Under the pieces are notes generated by a model, which did not search any database, was not told the origin of the DNA, and saw only the letters and a list, made by a program, of their open reading frames with translations. Positions 28,561 to 39,174 of a DNA stretch of 64,000 nt are shown one piece after another; within the stretch, counting starts at the first letter, position 1; each line of letters starts with the position of its first letter. Position numbers and translations under genes: made by a program. This DNA comes from Octopus vulgaris (taxonomy: Eukaryota): contig OX597818.1 of NCBI GenBank assembly GCA_951406725.2, positions 69,998,001 through 70,062,000 of the forward strand. The letters run 5' to 3'.

Positions 28561-29094
28561 GGCCCAGAGAGGCCAGCTGGCAGAATCATGAGCATGTTTG
28601 GAAAAATGCTTAGTGACATTTTGTGCTTCTTTACATCCTGAGTTCAAATTCTGCTGAGTTTGACTTTACCTTTCATCCTTTCAGGGGTCGATAAAATAAG
28701 TACCAGCTGACATGATAGACCTAACCCTTCCCCTGAAACTATTGCCCTACTGCCAAAATTTGAAACCCTTACTGCTGCTGTTGTTGTTGTTGAAGCAGTG
28801 AACCTGCGGAATTATTGGCACAATGCTTAGTAACATTTCGGCTGTCTTTTCACTCTTTTCAAATTCAACCGATTCCAGTTTTACTTTCCATCCTTTCAGG
28901 CTTAATAAAACAAGTACCAGTTGAGCATTACTGTCAATGTAATTAAGTTAACCCCTCTCCAAAAATTGCTGGCCTACCAGTTAAACACAAGAGTCGATAT
29001 AATAGACTTACCCATCCCCGTAAATTGCTGGCCTTGTGCTAGAAGTTGAAGCCATTATTATTATTCACACTTTTTACGTGCCTGTTGCAACCTC

Positions 29095-29254
29095 GGAGTG
29101 GTTGACGTTAGGAAGGGCATCCAGCTGTAGAAACTCTGCCAGATCAAGATTGAAGCCTGGTGCAGCCATCTGGTTCGCCAGCCCTCAGTCATTCGTCCAA
29201 CCCATGCTAGCATAGAAAGCGGACGTTAAACGATGATGATGATGATGATGATGA
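29095..29254 (+). mobile_element. RTE-tail SINE fragment
   Basis: GGAGTGGTTGACGTTAGGAAGGGCATCCAGCTGTAGAAAC...GGACGTTAAAC(GAT)n. Confidence 0.85.
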
Positions 29255-29930
29255 CTATTGTTGTTTTGTTTTATTATACAAGCTGGTACAAGCTTCAGCC
29301 AAAGACCTCAAATAGCAGCAAGATGGACGTGTCACCATGAGTGTTATTTGTGATTAGCAATGATGTACTGTAGAAGAAGGAGACAAGAATCTGAGAACAC
29401 TTGAAATATTTCAGTTTTGAAAGAGTTTTAAAAGAATCAAGTATTTTCATGTTGACAATGTTTTTCTTTGGATGTGGGCAGGACCCATGAGAGCAATTTT
29501 CTATGGTTCTGATGCCTTGGGACTTCCTGGTATTTGGCCATAGTGTTTAAGAGCACTTCTTGGTATTTTACCCAAAGCTCTGATGTCTCAGGATTATGTT
29601 AAGGGTACATGTGTCTGAGGAGTTCCCTGCCAGATAAGCATTTATTCAATGATCAGGGAGTTTGGTTGATTGTAAAAATGAACACTTATTGTTGGATGAT
29701 AGGGAACCATCCAGTCACACATACGTATGTAACTATGCACATCAGTCATGTCCTATAATCTTTTCTGTGCCACTGTATTCCATGTATGAATCCTTGTGGC
29801 CAATAAAGAAAGGATTATTGTTGCTGTAGCTGCTGCTGCTGTTATCATATTTCCCATTGTTTGAGAGTTACACCAAGAATTTCCTTTCCTGAAACAAGAA
29901 TTCAGTGCATTTTGAAGAACATGCATCAAA

Positions 29931-30415
29931 ATCATCATCATCATCGTTTAACGTCCGCTTTCCATGCTAGCATGGGTTGGACGGTTCGACCAGGATCTGG
30001 GAAGCCAGAAGGCTGCACCAGGCCCCAGTCTGATCTGGCAGTGTTTCTACAACTGGATGCCCTTCCTAACGCCAACCACTCCGTGAATGTAGTGGATGCT
30101 TTTTACGTGCCACCGGCACAGGTGGCAACGGTCATGATTGGATTGGTGCTTTTTACATGCCACTGGCATGGAAGCCAGTCAAGGTGGTGCTGGCATCAGC
30201 CATGTTCGGATGGTGCTTTTTACGTGCCACCGGTACAGGGATCACAACTACAATTTCCATTGATTTTTGATGTTGATGTACTTGACTCAATAGGTCTCCT
30301 CAAGCACAGAGTCGAAACGATGTTTCTTTACTTGCCACCTGCACAGGAGTCAGTCCAGCAGCACTGGCAACTGCCGGGTGCCAGTCATAGGATTGGTTCA
30401 ATTTCGATTTCGATT
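29931..30415 (-). mobile_element. RTE-tail element with internal repeats
   Basis: (CAT)n-CGTTTAACGTCCGCTTTCCATGCTAGCATGGGTTGGA...GGATGCCCTTCCTAACGCCAACC, plus TTTTACGTGCCACCGG repeats. Other minus copies lie at 52595-52930, 54001-54190 and 62195-62410. Confidence 0.85.
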
Positions 30416-30515
30416 GAAAATGTTCAAGGTTAACTACAATGTTCATGGTTTAGGAAAATATTGAAGGTTAACTGCTGTTATTATTATTATTGTTATTATT
30501 ATTATTGTTATTATT

Positions 30516-31053
30516 GAGTGAGAGAGCAGTGCACGCCATCAAAGTGACACAGGATAAAATATACGAAGCCCAGTATACCCATCATGACTACCCATCTGAT
30601 AAGGGTACACTAGGCACATGCATCACAATCATATGTGCACGACATGGTGATCTCATATCAAGATAAATAGCACATGACCTTGCAGGTGGGGCTCAGTTAG
30701 AATTTTCTTCAGGTTGAGTAGCCCATCCCACTCAAAAGGTCCCTAAATAAGGGTTGTTTAAGGATGTTGAACAAAACACCCATGTTTCCAGAGGTGAATT
30801 ATTCAAACCCCAAAGAATCCCTCTCAACACATGGCTATATGCTTCCCGACTACTTCTGCTCATGATCAGAGATGCACGTATCGTCAGCCACTAAGGGACA
30901 TGGTCAACTGGTTAAGGTCAAACAACTGACAAGTAAATCTGTGGTATTGAGCAGAATATTTGCTGTAGCCCATCTTTTATACCAAGACAAACAATATACA
31001 TGATAACACTTCCAATCAGTTAAGATCAGAAGCCATGAGAGCCACTGTCTGGT
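30516..31053. mobile_element. ~540-bp non-coding interspersed element, copy 2, flanked by (TAT)n
   Basis: Same orientation and same termini as 20657-21195. Confidence 0.85.
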
Positions 31054-31084
31054 ACTATTATTATTATTATTATTATTATTATAC

Positions 31085-31142
<58 letters not shown>

Positions 31143-31160
31143 GTTATTATCATCATTTTC

Positions 31161-31500
31161 TTTGCACAGCTTCTATCACTGGAGATGTACTATGGTGCCA
31201 GCTCTTCACTACCAGTGAACTAAAGTAACACTCCTTGTTTTCGAGGCCCATCTGGAGTATTCAAGCAGTTCCAAGCAATGCTGTTTTCCTATTGCAGCCC
31301 CTATTTGTTCCATGTGCTTCTCAAGATTTTTACTGAAGTAAGAACATGGAACAAATAGGGACTGTAATAAAGGCGGAGCACTTGCTTGGAACTGCTTGAA
31401 TACTCCAGACGGTTCTCGAAAAATAAGGAGTGTTATTTTAGTTCACTGGTAGTGAACAGCTGGCACCTTAGTACATCTCCAGCATTAGAAGCCATGCAAA
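31161..31500. mobile_element. head-to-head inverted pair of R4/Dong 3' ends
   Basis: 31161-31315 is the approximate reverse complement of 31343-31500. Both arms encode ...EQIG...LLGTA*ILQ and a shared 3'UTR. Confidence 0.8.
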
Positions 31501-31509
31501 TGCAATAAT

Positions 31510-31628
31510 AATAAAAGAATATAAGAGACATCATGACAACATAGCAAGGATGGTCCATTGGACACTTTGCAACAAGTATGGACTTCACAGAGCAAAAAAA
31601 GTAGTATGAACTTAAACCCGAAGACATC
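31510..31628 (+). mobile_element. R4/Dong fragment (region upstream of the RLE)
   Basis: KEYKRHHDNIARMVHWTLCNKYGLHRAKK*YELKPEDII matches the R4-type RHD...HW.LC.KY...WY.H.P motif. Confidence 0.8.
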
Positions 31629-34074
31629 ATCATTATTATTATTATTATTATCATTATTATTCATAAGGATTTCTTTTGACAAGACACAGCTTCAAATCTG
31701 TAGGGATGTGTATAGTAAATGGTATTGATTCCTGGAACTGTAAATATCTGAGATATATGTTAAGCATTGGTAAACCATTTCTCTGTGATCGTCTCATTCT
31801 GCCTGAGAAGTTATGTCAAGAGACAAGTGAACAAACCTGCAAAACTTGTCAGTCCAATTCACTGGATTCTTTCACTGTGTTCATCCAGTCAACCAGAATC
31901 ACCAATTTCTATTTATTCTTGTGTATGGCAGCAGGTTCCAGTTGTAGCAGACGAAGCCTTAGGGATACAAAGTTAATGGCGTTGACAATGATACTAACAA
32001 TAATGATAGTATTCAAGTTTTATTTTTGAGCAGGGAAAAATTGAACCTGGAGATGAGAGTTACATATATAACAGTGAACTCCTACCATTTCCTATTCCCT
32101 CATAAAATGTTGTTCTTTGTTGGTGTTGTTGTTTAACCCAAGGTCAGCCTGTCCTATGATCAAAGACTATTCTGTCTTTTGATACAAACTGGTCTTTGAT
32201 TTTATTTATTCAGTAAATTCCTTGATTTTATTTTATTTATCCAATATGCTCTTTATTTTTCTAAAGACTGAAAAATTTGACCTGACAGAAGTCAGCTGTT
32301 ATTTCTAGTAGGCCATGTGCCAATGTAAAGGCTTCCTTCCTGGCTTGTTACTGTTCCAGAATTGGCAGATTCTTAAGCAAGATGCTAAAACATTGCACAG
32401 TATTTATTTATGGTCACTTATATTCCTAGTTCAAATCATGTCAAAGCAAATGCTGCCTTTCTGGGGTCAATAAGATAAAGTACAATTAGTCCAAGGGTGG
32501 CTAAAATAAAGTATTAGTCAATTACCAGGGTCGACAAAATCAACTGTTATTTCTCTTGAAATTTCTAGCCTTGTTCAAATGTAAAAAAAGAATCTTTCTT
32601 TTAGTCAGGTCTGGTTACATTCTGACTTCAGATTTTACCTTTCATCCTTCAAGGGTTGATAAGATAAAATGCCAATCAGATACTGGGCTTGATATAATTG
32701 ACTGCTAGAAATCAATATTTCTGTTTATTGTATATTAATTTCATCATGAATATTGAAATGTTATAATGATAAACCTTAGATATTTCTAACAAAATTATCG
32801 ATCCAGCATTATACAGGTCATTAGAAAGTCCTAGTGGAATTTTAAATTTTGAAATTTTTATAACTATACTTCTATATATGATAGAATTAATTTGTACAGA
32901 ATATTTAAAAGCCTGATGCATCTATTTTACTGTCATCAATCAAAAAATTGTTTATTAATTTTTTAAAAATTTAATTATTACCTCAACTTTATTTTATGGG
33001 AACATTTAAAAACTACTATTTGTTCAACTAAATTTCGTTGTATATATGATTTGTGGGTTAGCTAATGTTATTCAGGCTATAAATGGGAAAAACAGCCACA
33101 AACCATATTTCTAGGAATTTTGAATTGCACCACAGTGTGTATATTTAATGATGGTGAAATGCTAAGTATAAGGGAGGGTGGTGGGTGTGTTGATAATTAA
33201 CAATCTCAAGAATAAATTTGTTTTATAAAATGTAATAAATTCTTTAACTTGTCCTTTTCACAGATTAATTTTTATTATACATAGCACTAAACTTACAAAA
33301 GTACTGCTCAAGTTCTTTATGGTAATTCTTTGTGTGTGTGTGTGTGTTTATACACACACACACACGTGTGTGTGTGCTTTCGTGATTTGGGGTAATTCAG
33401 CTTATGATCCTAAGTCATGAGTTTGATTTCCAGCGATGCATTGTGTCCTTAAGCAAGAGACTCTATTTCATGTTGCTCCAGTCCACTCAGCAGGTAACAA
33501 TCAGTTGTACCTGAATTTCAAAGGGGTCAGCCTTGTCACATTCTGTGTAACACTGAATCTCCGGGACCTGCGTTAAGGGTACACATGTCTGTGAAGGGCT
33601 CAACTTCTTGCATGTTAATTTCACAAGCATTCTAATAATTATGATTCCTTTGTCACTACTTTAGTAAGATAGAAGCTAGGATTTACTGAAGAGGTTTAAC
33701 AAAACTGAAACTGCCTACAGTTGTTTCCCTTACTCTCCAAAATAATGAAAATGATATCAGTCATTGAAGTAATATGTTCTTCACTGTGTAAATATTTCTA
33801 ATTAGGATTGCAATTGTAAATAGAAACATTCATCTCTAATTAATTAATGAGCAGAGTTAAAAGCATTGCTTAAATGTAACATAACCCTTACTAAGATCTG
33901 AAGATACAATTCTCAATTCTCATCTCCATATCAACTTGTCCCCTATGATGCCTCAGGTTTTTGAATTTTATCAAATTCCATGACTTTTAATAAGTCATTG
34001 GGCCAGCTGGAGCACATTCATATCAAAGATTTTGACTGTAATATTCAAGAAGCAATCTGATTGGAGGAAATGTG

Positions 34075-34240
34075 TGAAAGAGAGAAACATGGAATGAAAG
34101 AGTGAAGGATCATCTGAGAATGCAGAACTTGATGAAGGAAACGACATGGACAGTACTAAGGAGCAATATGCAATGGAAGACACTCCTCTAACCCCTGTCA
34201 GAACAGGAAAACAGAAGCAAGATGATACCACCACTAATAG

Positions 34241-34292
<52 letters not shown>
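34075..34292 (+). mobile_element. decayed RTE 3' end with (GAT)n tail
   Basis: RETWNERVKDHLRMQNL resembles RKTWDEVKHDLQTLGL of the RTE at 35034. A tail remnant and a long (GAT)n follow. Confidence 0.6.
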
Positions 34293-34293
<1 letters not shown>

Positions 34294-34741
34294 GAAGGAA
34301 TGGTGTGGTGTGACTCAAGCTGATATTGAACCTGTGAGTCAAAGTGGTGTTACCACCTTTTAATATTCCTGACTCAGAATCTACAGAACAACTCAGTCAA
34401 TCACAATGAGGAGTTTGAATGTTAAAAGAAATCAATTAGAGACATTGATTTCTGCCTGAATTTAGAGACATTTTGGCTCTGTCTCTTATGAAGCTGGATG
34501 TGAGAGAGGAGAAGGAGAAGTGGACATGTGTAAAAAGATATGTTTATCAAATATATTTGACTGTTTTAGGAGTGGCAAGTGAAACATCTGTTGTGACTCT
34601 GAAAAGTTTTAAAGAAATATAAACAAAAATAAATTAATGATAAATATAGGTGCAGGATTGACTGAGTGGCAAGAAGCTTGTTTTCCAGCCACATGGTTTT
34701 GGGTTCAGTCCTACTATCTGGCACCTTGGGTGAATGGATAT

Positions 34742-35554
34742 CATCATCATCATGTAACGTCTGCTTTCCATGCTAGCATGGGTTGGACGATGTGACTGAG
34801 GTCTGGCGAACCAGACTCCAATCTGATCTGGCAGAGTTTCTTCAGCTGGATGCCCTTCCTAACACCAACCACTCCGAGAGTGTAGTGGGTGCTTTTACAG
34901 GCCACTGGCACGAGGGCCAGTTTGGTGGTACTGGCAACGGCCACACCCACATGGTGCTTTTTTACTGCTAGCATAGGCCACAAGGTTATGGTCACACTTG
35001 CGATTGTCGAGTCTTCTGCAGCATAGCATATTTTCAGAGGTCCCGGTCACTAGTCATTGCCTCGATGAGGCCCAATGTTTGAAGGTCATGCTTCACCTCA
35101 TCCCAGGTCTTCCTGGGTCTACCTATTCCACAGGTTCCCTCAACCTCTAGGGTGTGGCACTTTTTCACACAGCTATTGACATCCATTCTCGCCACATGAC
35201 CATACCAGTGCAGTTGTCTCTCTTGCACGCCACATCTGATGCTTCTTAGGTCCAACCTTTCTCTCAGGGCACTAACACTCTGTCGAGTATGCACACTGGC
35301 ATTATACATCCATCGGAGCATGCTGGCTTCATTCCTTGCAAGCTTACGCATATCCTCAGTAGTCACAGCCCATGTTTCACTGCCACGTAGCATGGCTGTT
35401 CATACACATGCGTCATACAGTCTACCTTTTACTCTGAGCGAGAGGCCTTTTGTCACCAGCAGAGTTAAGAGCTCTCTGAACTTAGCCCAAGCTATTCTTA
35501 TTCTAGCAGCTACACTTTCAGTGCACCCTCCCTCGCTACTGACTTGGTCACCTA
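34742..35554 (-). mobile_element. 5'-truncated RTE-clade LINE (ORF2 C-terminus plus 3'UTR)
   Basis: LGDQVSSEGGC...RIRIAWAKFREL...KGRLYDACV / MLRGSETWAV...LHWYGHVARMD...GRPRKTWDEV are classic RTE C-terminal motifs. It has a (GAT)n tail and GGATAT on both sides (34736-41, 35555-60). Confidence 0.92.
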
Positions 35555-35627
35555 GGATATGGTAAATGGAAACTGAAAGAAGCCCACTGTAATACATACA
35601 TTATATATGTATGTATTATACATTATA

Positions 35628-35854
35628 TGGCGGCGAGCTGGCAGAAACGTTAGCACGCCAGGCGAAATGCATAGCCGTATTTCGTCTGTCGTTACGTTCC
35701 GAGTTCAAATTTCGCCGAGGTCGACTTTGCCTTTCATCCTTCTGGGGTCGATAAATTAAGTACCAGTTACGCACTGGGGTTGATGTAATCGACTTAATCC
35801 CTTTGTCCTTGTTTGTCCCCTCTGTGTTTAGCCCCTTGTGGGTAGTAAAGAAAT
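35628..35854 (+). mobile_element. Meta-like tRNA SINE, full-length young copy
   Basis: GGCGGCGAGCTGGCAGAAACGTTAGCACGCC...GAGTTCAAAT...GGTCGACTTTGCCTTTCATCCT...AGCCCCTTGTGGGTAGTAAAGAAATA; CpGs are retained. Confidence 0.88.
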
Positions 35855-37104
35855 ATATATATGTGTGTATCTTTGTGTCTCTTTGAGAACGAGTGTTAGT
35901 ATATTTATATCACTATAACTTAGTGGTTTGGCAAATGAGCTTGATAAAATAAGTGTCAGGCTTTAAAATGACTAAATACTTTGATATATTCAACTAGAAG
36001 TTCTTAAAGGTGGTGCCCCAGCATGGCCGTAGTCTAATGACTGAAACAAATAAAAGATATATGTTGGTGAATTCATCCAAGTTGTTCTTGTATTAATTTG
36101 TTCAAGTTCATGAAGAAATCACTGTTTTCACTCTACACGACAGCATTTCGTAATCATGGCTCATATCCATGTTTTCCAACTTACTAAATTATTTATTATC
36201 CACATGGTGTTGAAACAGTTGTAACCAAGTAATAACTATGCAATACCAGCATCTCCATTCTTTGGTTGCTAGATGTGTAGATGCGTGTATATTATCATAC
36301 ATGTAATGTGTATATAGATAAATATACATTATAATTAATACATATGTATGCATATTTATGGGTGTGCTGGGGGTGTAATAAAAATTGTTACAATCAGTGA
36401 AGGAAGGGAATATTTTGCAAAATTTCAAAAATTGCTTTTTTTCATCTTCAAGTTATATTTGAAATCTTTTCTTTATCGATGCAAAAAAAAAAAAAGAAAG
36501 AAAAAAAATTAGCAATTTATACTCTTTAATATTGGAATTTAAGTTGGAAGGTCAGTAATAAACAGATGAGGTGTGGGTAGAGAGGGTTACATTTTAGCAA
36601 TAACTCCTGCAGTTTCTCAGCACTTTCCATCTGCAGAAACAAAATAATGTGATTTTCTTTATTTTGATGTCCTGAAATTATGCATTTTGTGGAGGAAATC
36701 ATCAACTGCTAAATTCACTGATGCAAGAAAGTTAATATTTGCTTTTAAATACAAAGAAGGCTGCATCATATCCACTGCATATCATATAACCCTTGGCAAA
36801 AACCATCCCGTCAGGCCATAGGGAAACCAAAAAACACCTGTAGCACCATTTCATTGAGCCTAGCATACACCTCAAACAAAGTATTCCCAACTGCCTTCGA
36901 TATCAAAAGAGAAAATGGAAGACCTTCAAGAATTGACACAACTGATGCCTACAAAGGCAGTGAATAATTTTCTTAAATTATTAGCAGAATTGGTAAACAG
37001 AATTTGTCAGATCAAGTGCACACAACAATGCACAACAATGAAAACATAATGGATTACACTAATTCACATAATTATAAATAGATAACTATATATATATATA
37101 TACA

Positions 37105-37440
37105 TATGCTTAAAAAAAAGCCCTTATTATTTAATTCATTCTGCAGGAAGGACTGCTTCGGCCGGATCGTGTTCTGCCCTTACCTTCGAAACATGCATTG
37201 AGTCGAAACAAGGGCAGCTGATGAAGGGGAATATTCCTTGTGTTGTTTGTCTTGTACTCTGTTTTTTCGTTGTTAAAAAAAGTCTGTTTCCTTGTTTGAT
37301 TTTATGTTTTCGTTTCTCGTGTTCTACGTTTATTTGTGGTGTCCTGTACTCATATATGCATGTATATATACATATAGATGTAGGTATGTACATTTATGTA
37401 TGTATGTATGCATATGTTTTATTTATTAAATTCTTATTAT
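37105..37440 (+). mobile_element. PLE-like non-autonomous element with permuted hammerhead-like motif
   Basis: CCTTC-GAAAC-ATGCATTGA-GTC...AAGGGCAG-CTGATGA-AGG at 37183-37227, followed by a T-rich pLTR-like tail; it is embedded in (TA)n. Confidence 0.5.
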
Positions 37441-39054
37441 ATATATATATATATGCAATTTTCTGTCAATAAATCCTTGTTTAATAGACAAATATATCTC
37501 ATTTGAATAATGCATTAACAACCAAATCTATAAACTAGTTAAAGACATAAAAAAATTCCAATGACCTTTCTGCTTCAATATATCAGCTGTTATTAGACAA
37601 TAATGGTTCACTTAGATATGTATGCAAATTGGTAAATGATTCACTGACAAAAAACACAAAGCCAAAATCATCAATATTCTTTGGAAAACTTTAAGTGGCT
37701 TCTGTGGCAAATTTGTAAAATGGTGAATATTCCATTCCTCCACTGAATATATAAAATGCAAGGAAAGTAATCCTGGTTAAGCCTGCTGTCCTGTAGGGAA
37801 AAGGTGTGTGATCAGGCCCATGGATTGAATCTGCCAGATTTCAGATAGAAAGGATGGCATCCATGGCCTTTCCAAGTTAAGATCAGCAGCTGGGTTAGTA
37901 TGGGGGATGCTTACAGCCATTGGAACAAGTGAAGAGGAGTGAAGAGTGACAGAGTAACGGAGGGGAGAGAGAGAGAGAAGAAAGAACTTCTTGTTGTTTG
38001 TGGAGCAAGAGAGGAGTTAAGCTAGAATCCAAGAGGAGATGACAAACTGTAATTTGACCACCTTTGCTGAACTATCATTGGATACCATCTGATGGCATCA
38101 GCTCCTCTTGGTCAAAGCCCCATTCACTTTGATGAGTGGAAAAGAAGCACTTTCTAGGTATTATCAATAACGATATCTATCTATCTATTTATCTATCTGT
38201 CTGTATGCACACACACACACATGTAAAGTATTATATATAAATAACATGCAAATAATATGTATATATAATGTATCATATAGATAAATAATATACATATATG
38301 TAATATATGTAAATAATATACATGTAATATGTATATAATATATATGCAAATAAAATATGTTTATAATATATAAGTGCATAAATTGCTAGACATTTTCTGA
38401 AACAAATTTGAGGTTATAAAATTTTTAAAGAGCACACATGGGTTCAACAACTAAAAGTTGAAAACTTTAAATCTGTCTCATTGCACCACGCTGCCATCAG
38501 AATCTCTCTCTCTCTCTCTCTCTCTTGGTCAGATTGTTTATATATCAATCAATATTCCTAATATATATCCTTTACTGATGTAAACTTGTCAGTTAGTATG
38601 TGAGGGAAATTTTGTAACACACCATAAAGCATATGAATTAATAAATTTTAGATAAGAAGTTATTTCTTGCTCAGCCTGAGTAAAAGCAGACATAATAAAA
38701 GGAATCAATGTTTATGTATGTAATTTTATGTGCAAAAGGCTGTGTGCCTGCAGGTCTGTATGTCTGTGTGTTTGCAGGTCTGTGCGTCTGTCAGTCTGTT
38801 TCTTTGGTGGGCTTGTCTGTTCTTTTACTAGCTTCATTCATAAGCTCGGGGTCGTGCTGGGGGTACCTCCTTCAAAGGTTTAAGCAATCATATCACTCTC
38901 AGTTGGTATTTCTATCTGCCAATTATTTTATCCGTCGCTATTTGTTGAACCACCAGGCTTTGGGACCTAAATGAACACAGCATTAACAACAACACTGGGC
39001 TTTTAAACTAATGTAAAAATAAAACATGAGTAGAGACAAAGGTACATATCTGAA

Positions 39055-39174
39055 CATCCTTTCGGGGTCGATTAAATAAGTACCAGTTACGAACTGGGGT
39101 CAATGTAATCGACTTAACCAGTCTGTCCTCGTTTGTGCTCTCTGCGTTTAGCCCCTTGTGGATAGTAAAGAAAT
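39055..39174 (+). mobile_element. 5'-truncated Meta-like SINE with 15-bp TSD
   Basis: AGGTACATATCTGAA at 39040-39054 and 39175-39189. Confidence 0.88.

Noticed and set aside
20657-31053. The two 540-bp direct repeats as paired LTRs of a ~10-kb retrotransposon
   Set aside because: The interior has no gag/pol, PBS or PPT, only unrelated SINE and Dong fragments, and each copy has its own (TAT)n flanks.
36591-36630. Possible minus-strand exon MESAEKLQELLLK
   Set aside because: The acceptor is good but the donor (GTAACC) is weak; no homology is recognisable.
37560-37745. RT-like GMEYSP...NIDD on the minus strand
   Set aside because: Spacing is too short, stops are present and the motif match is marginal.
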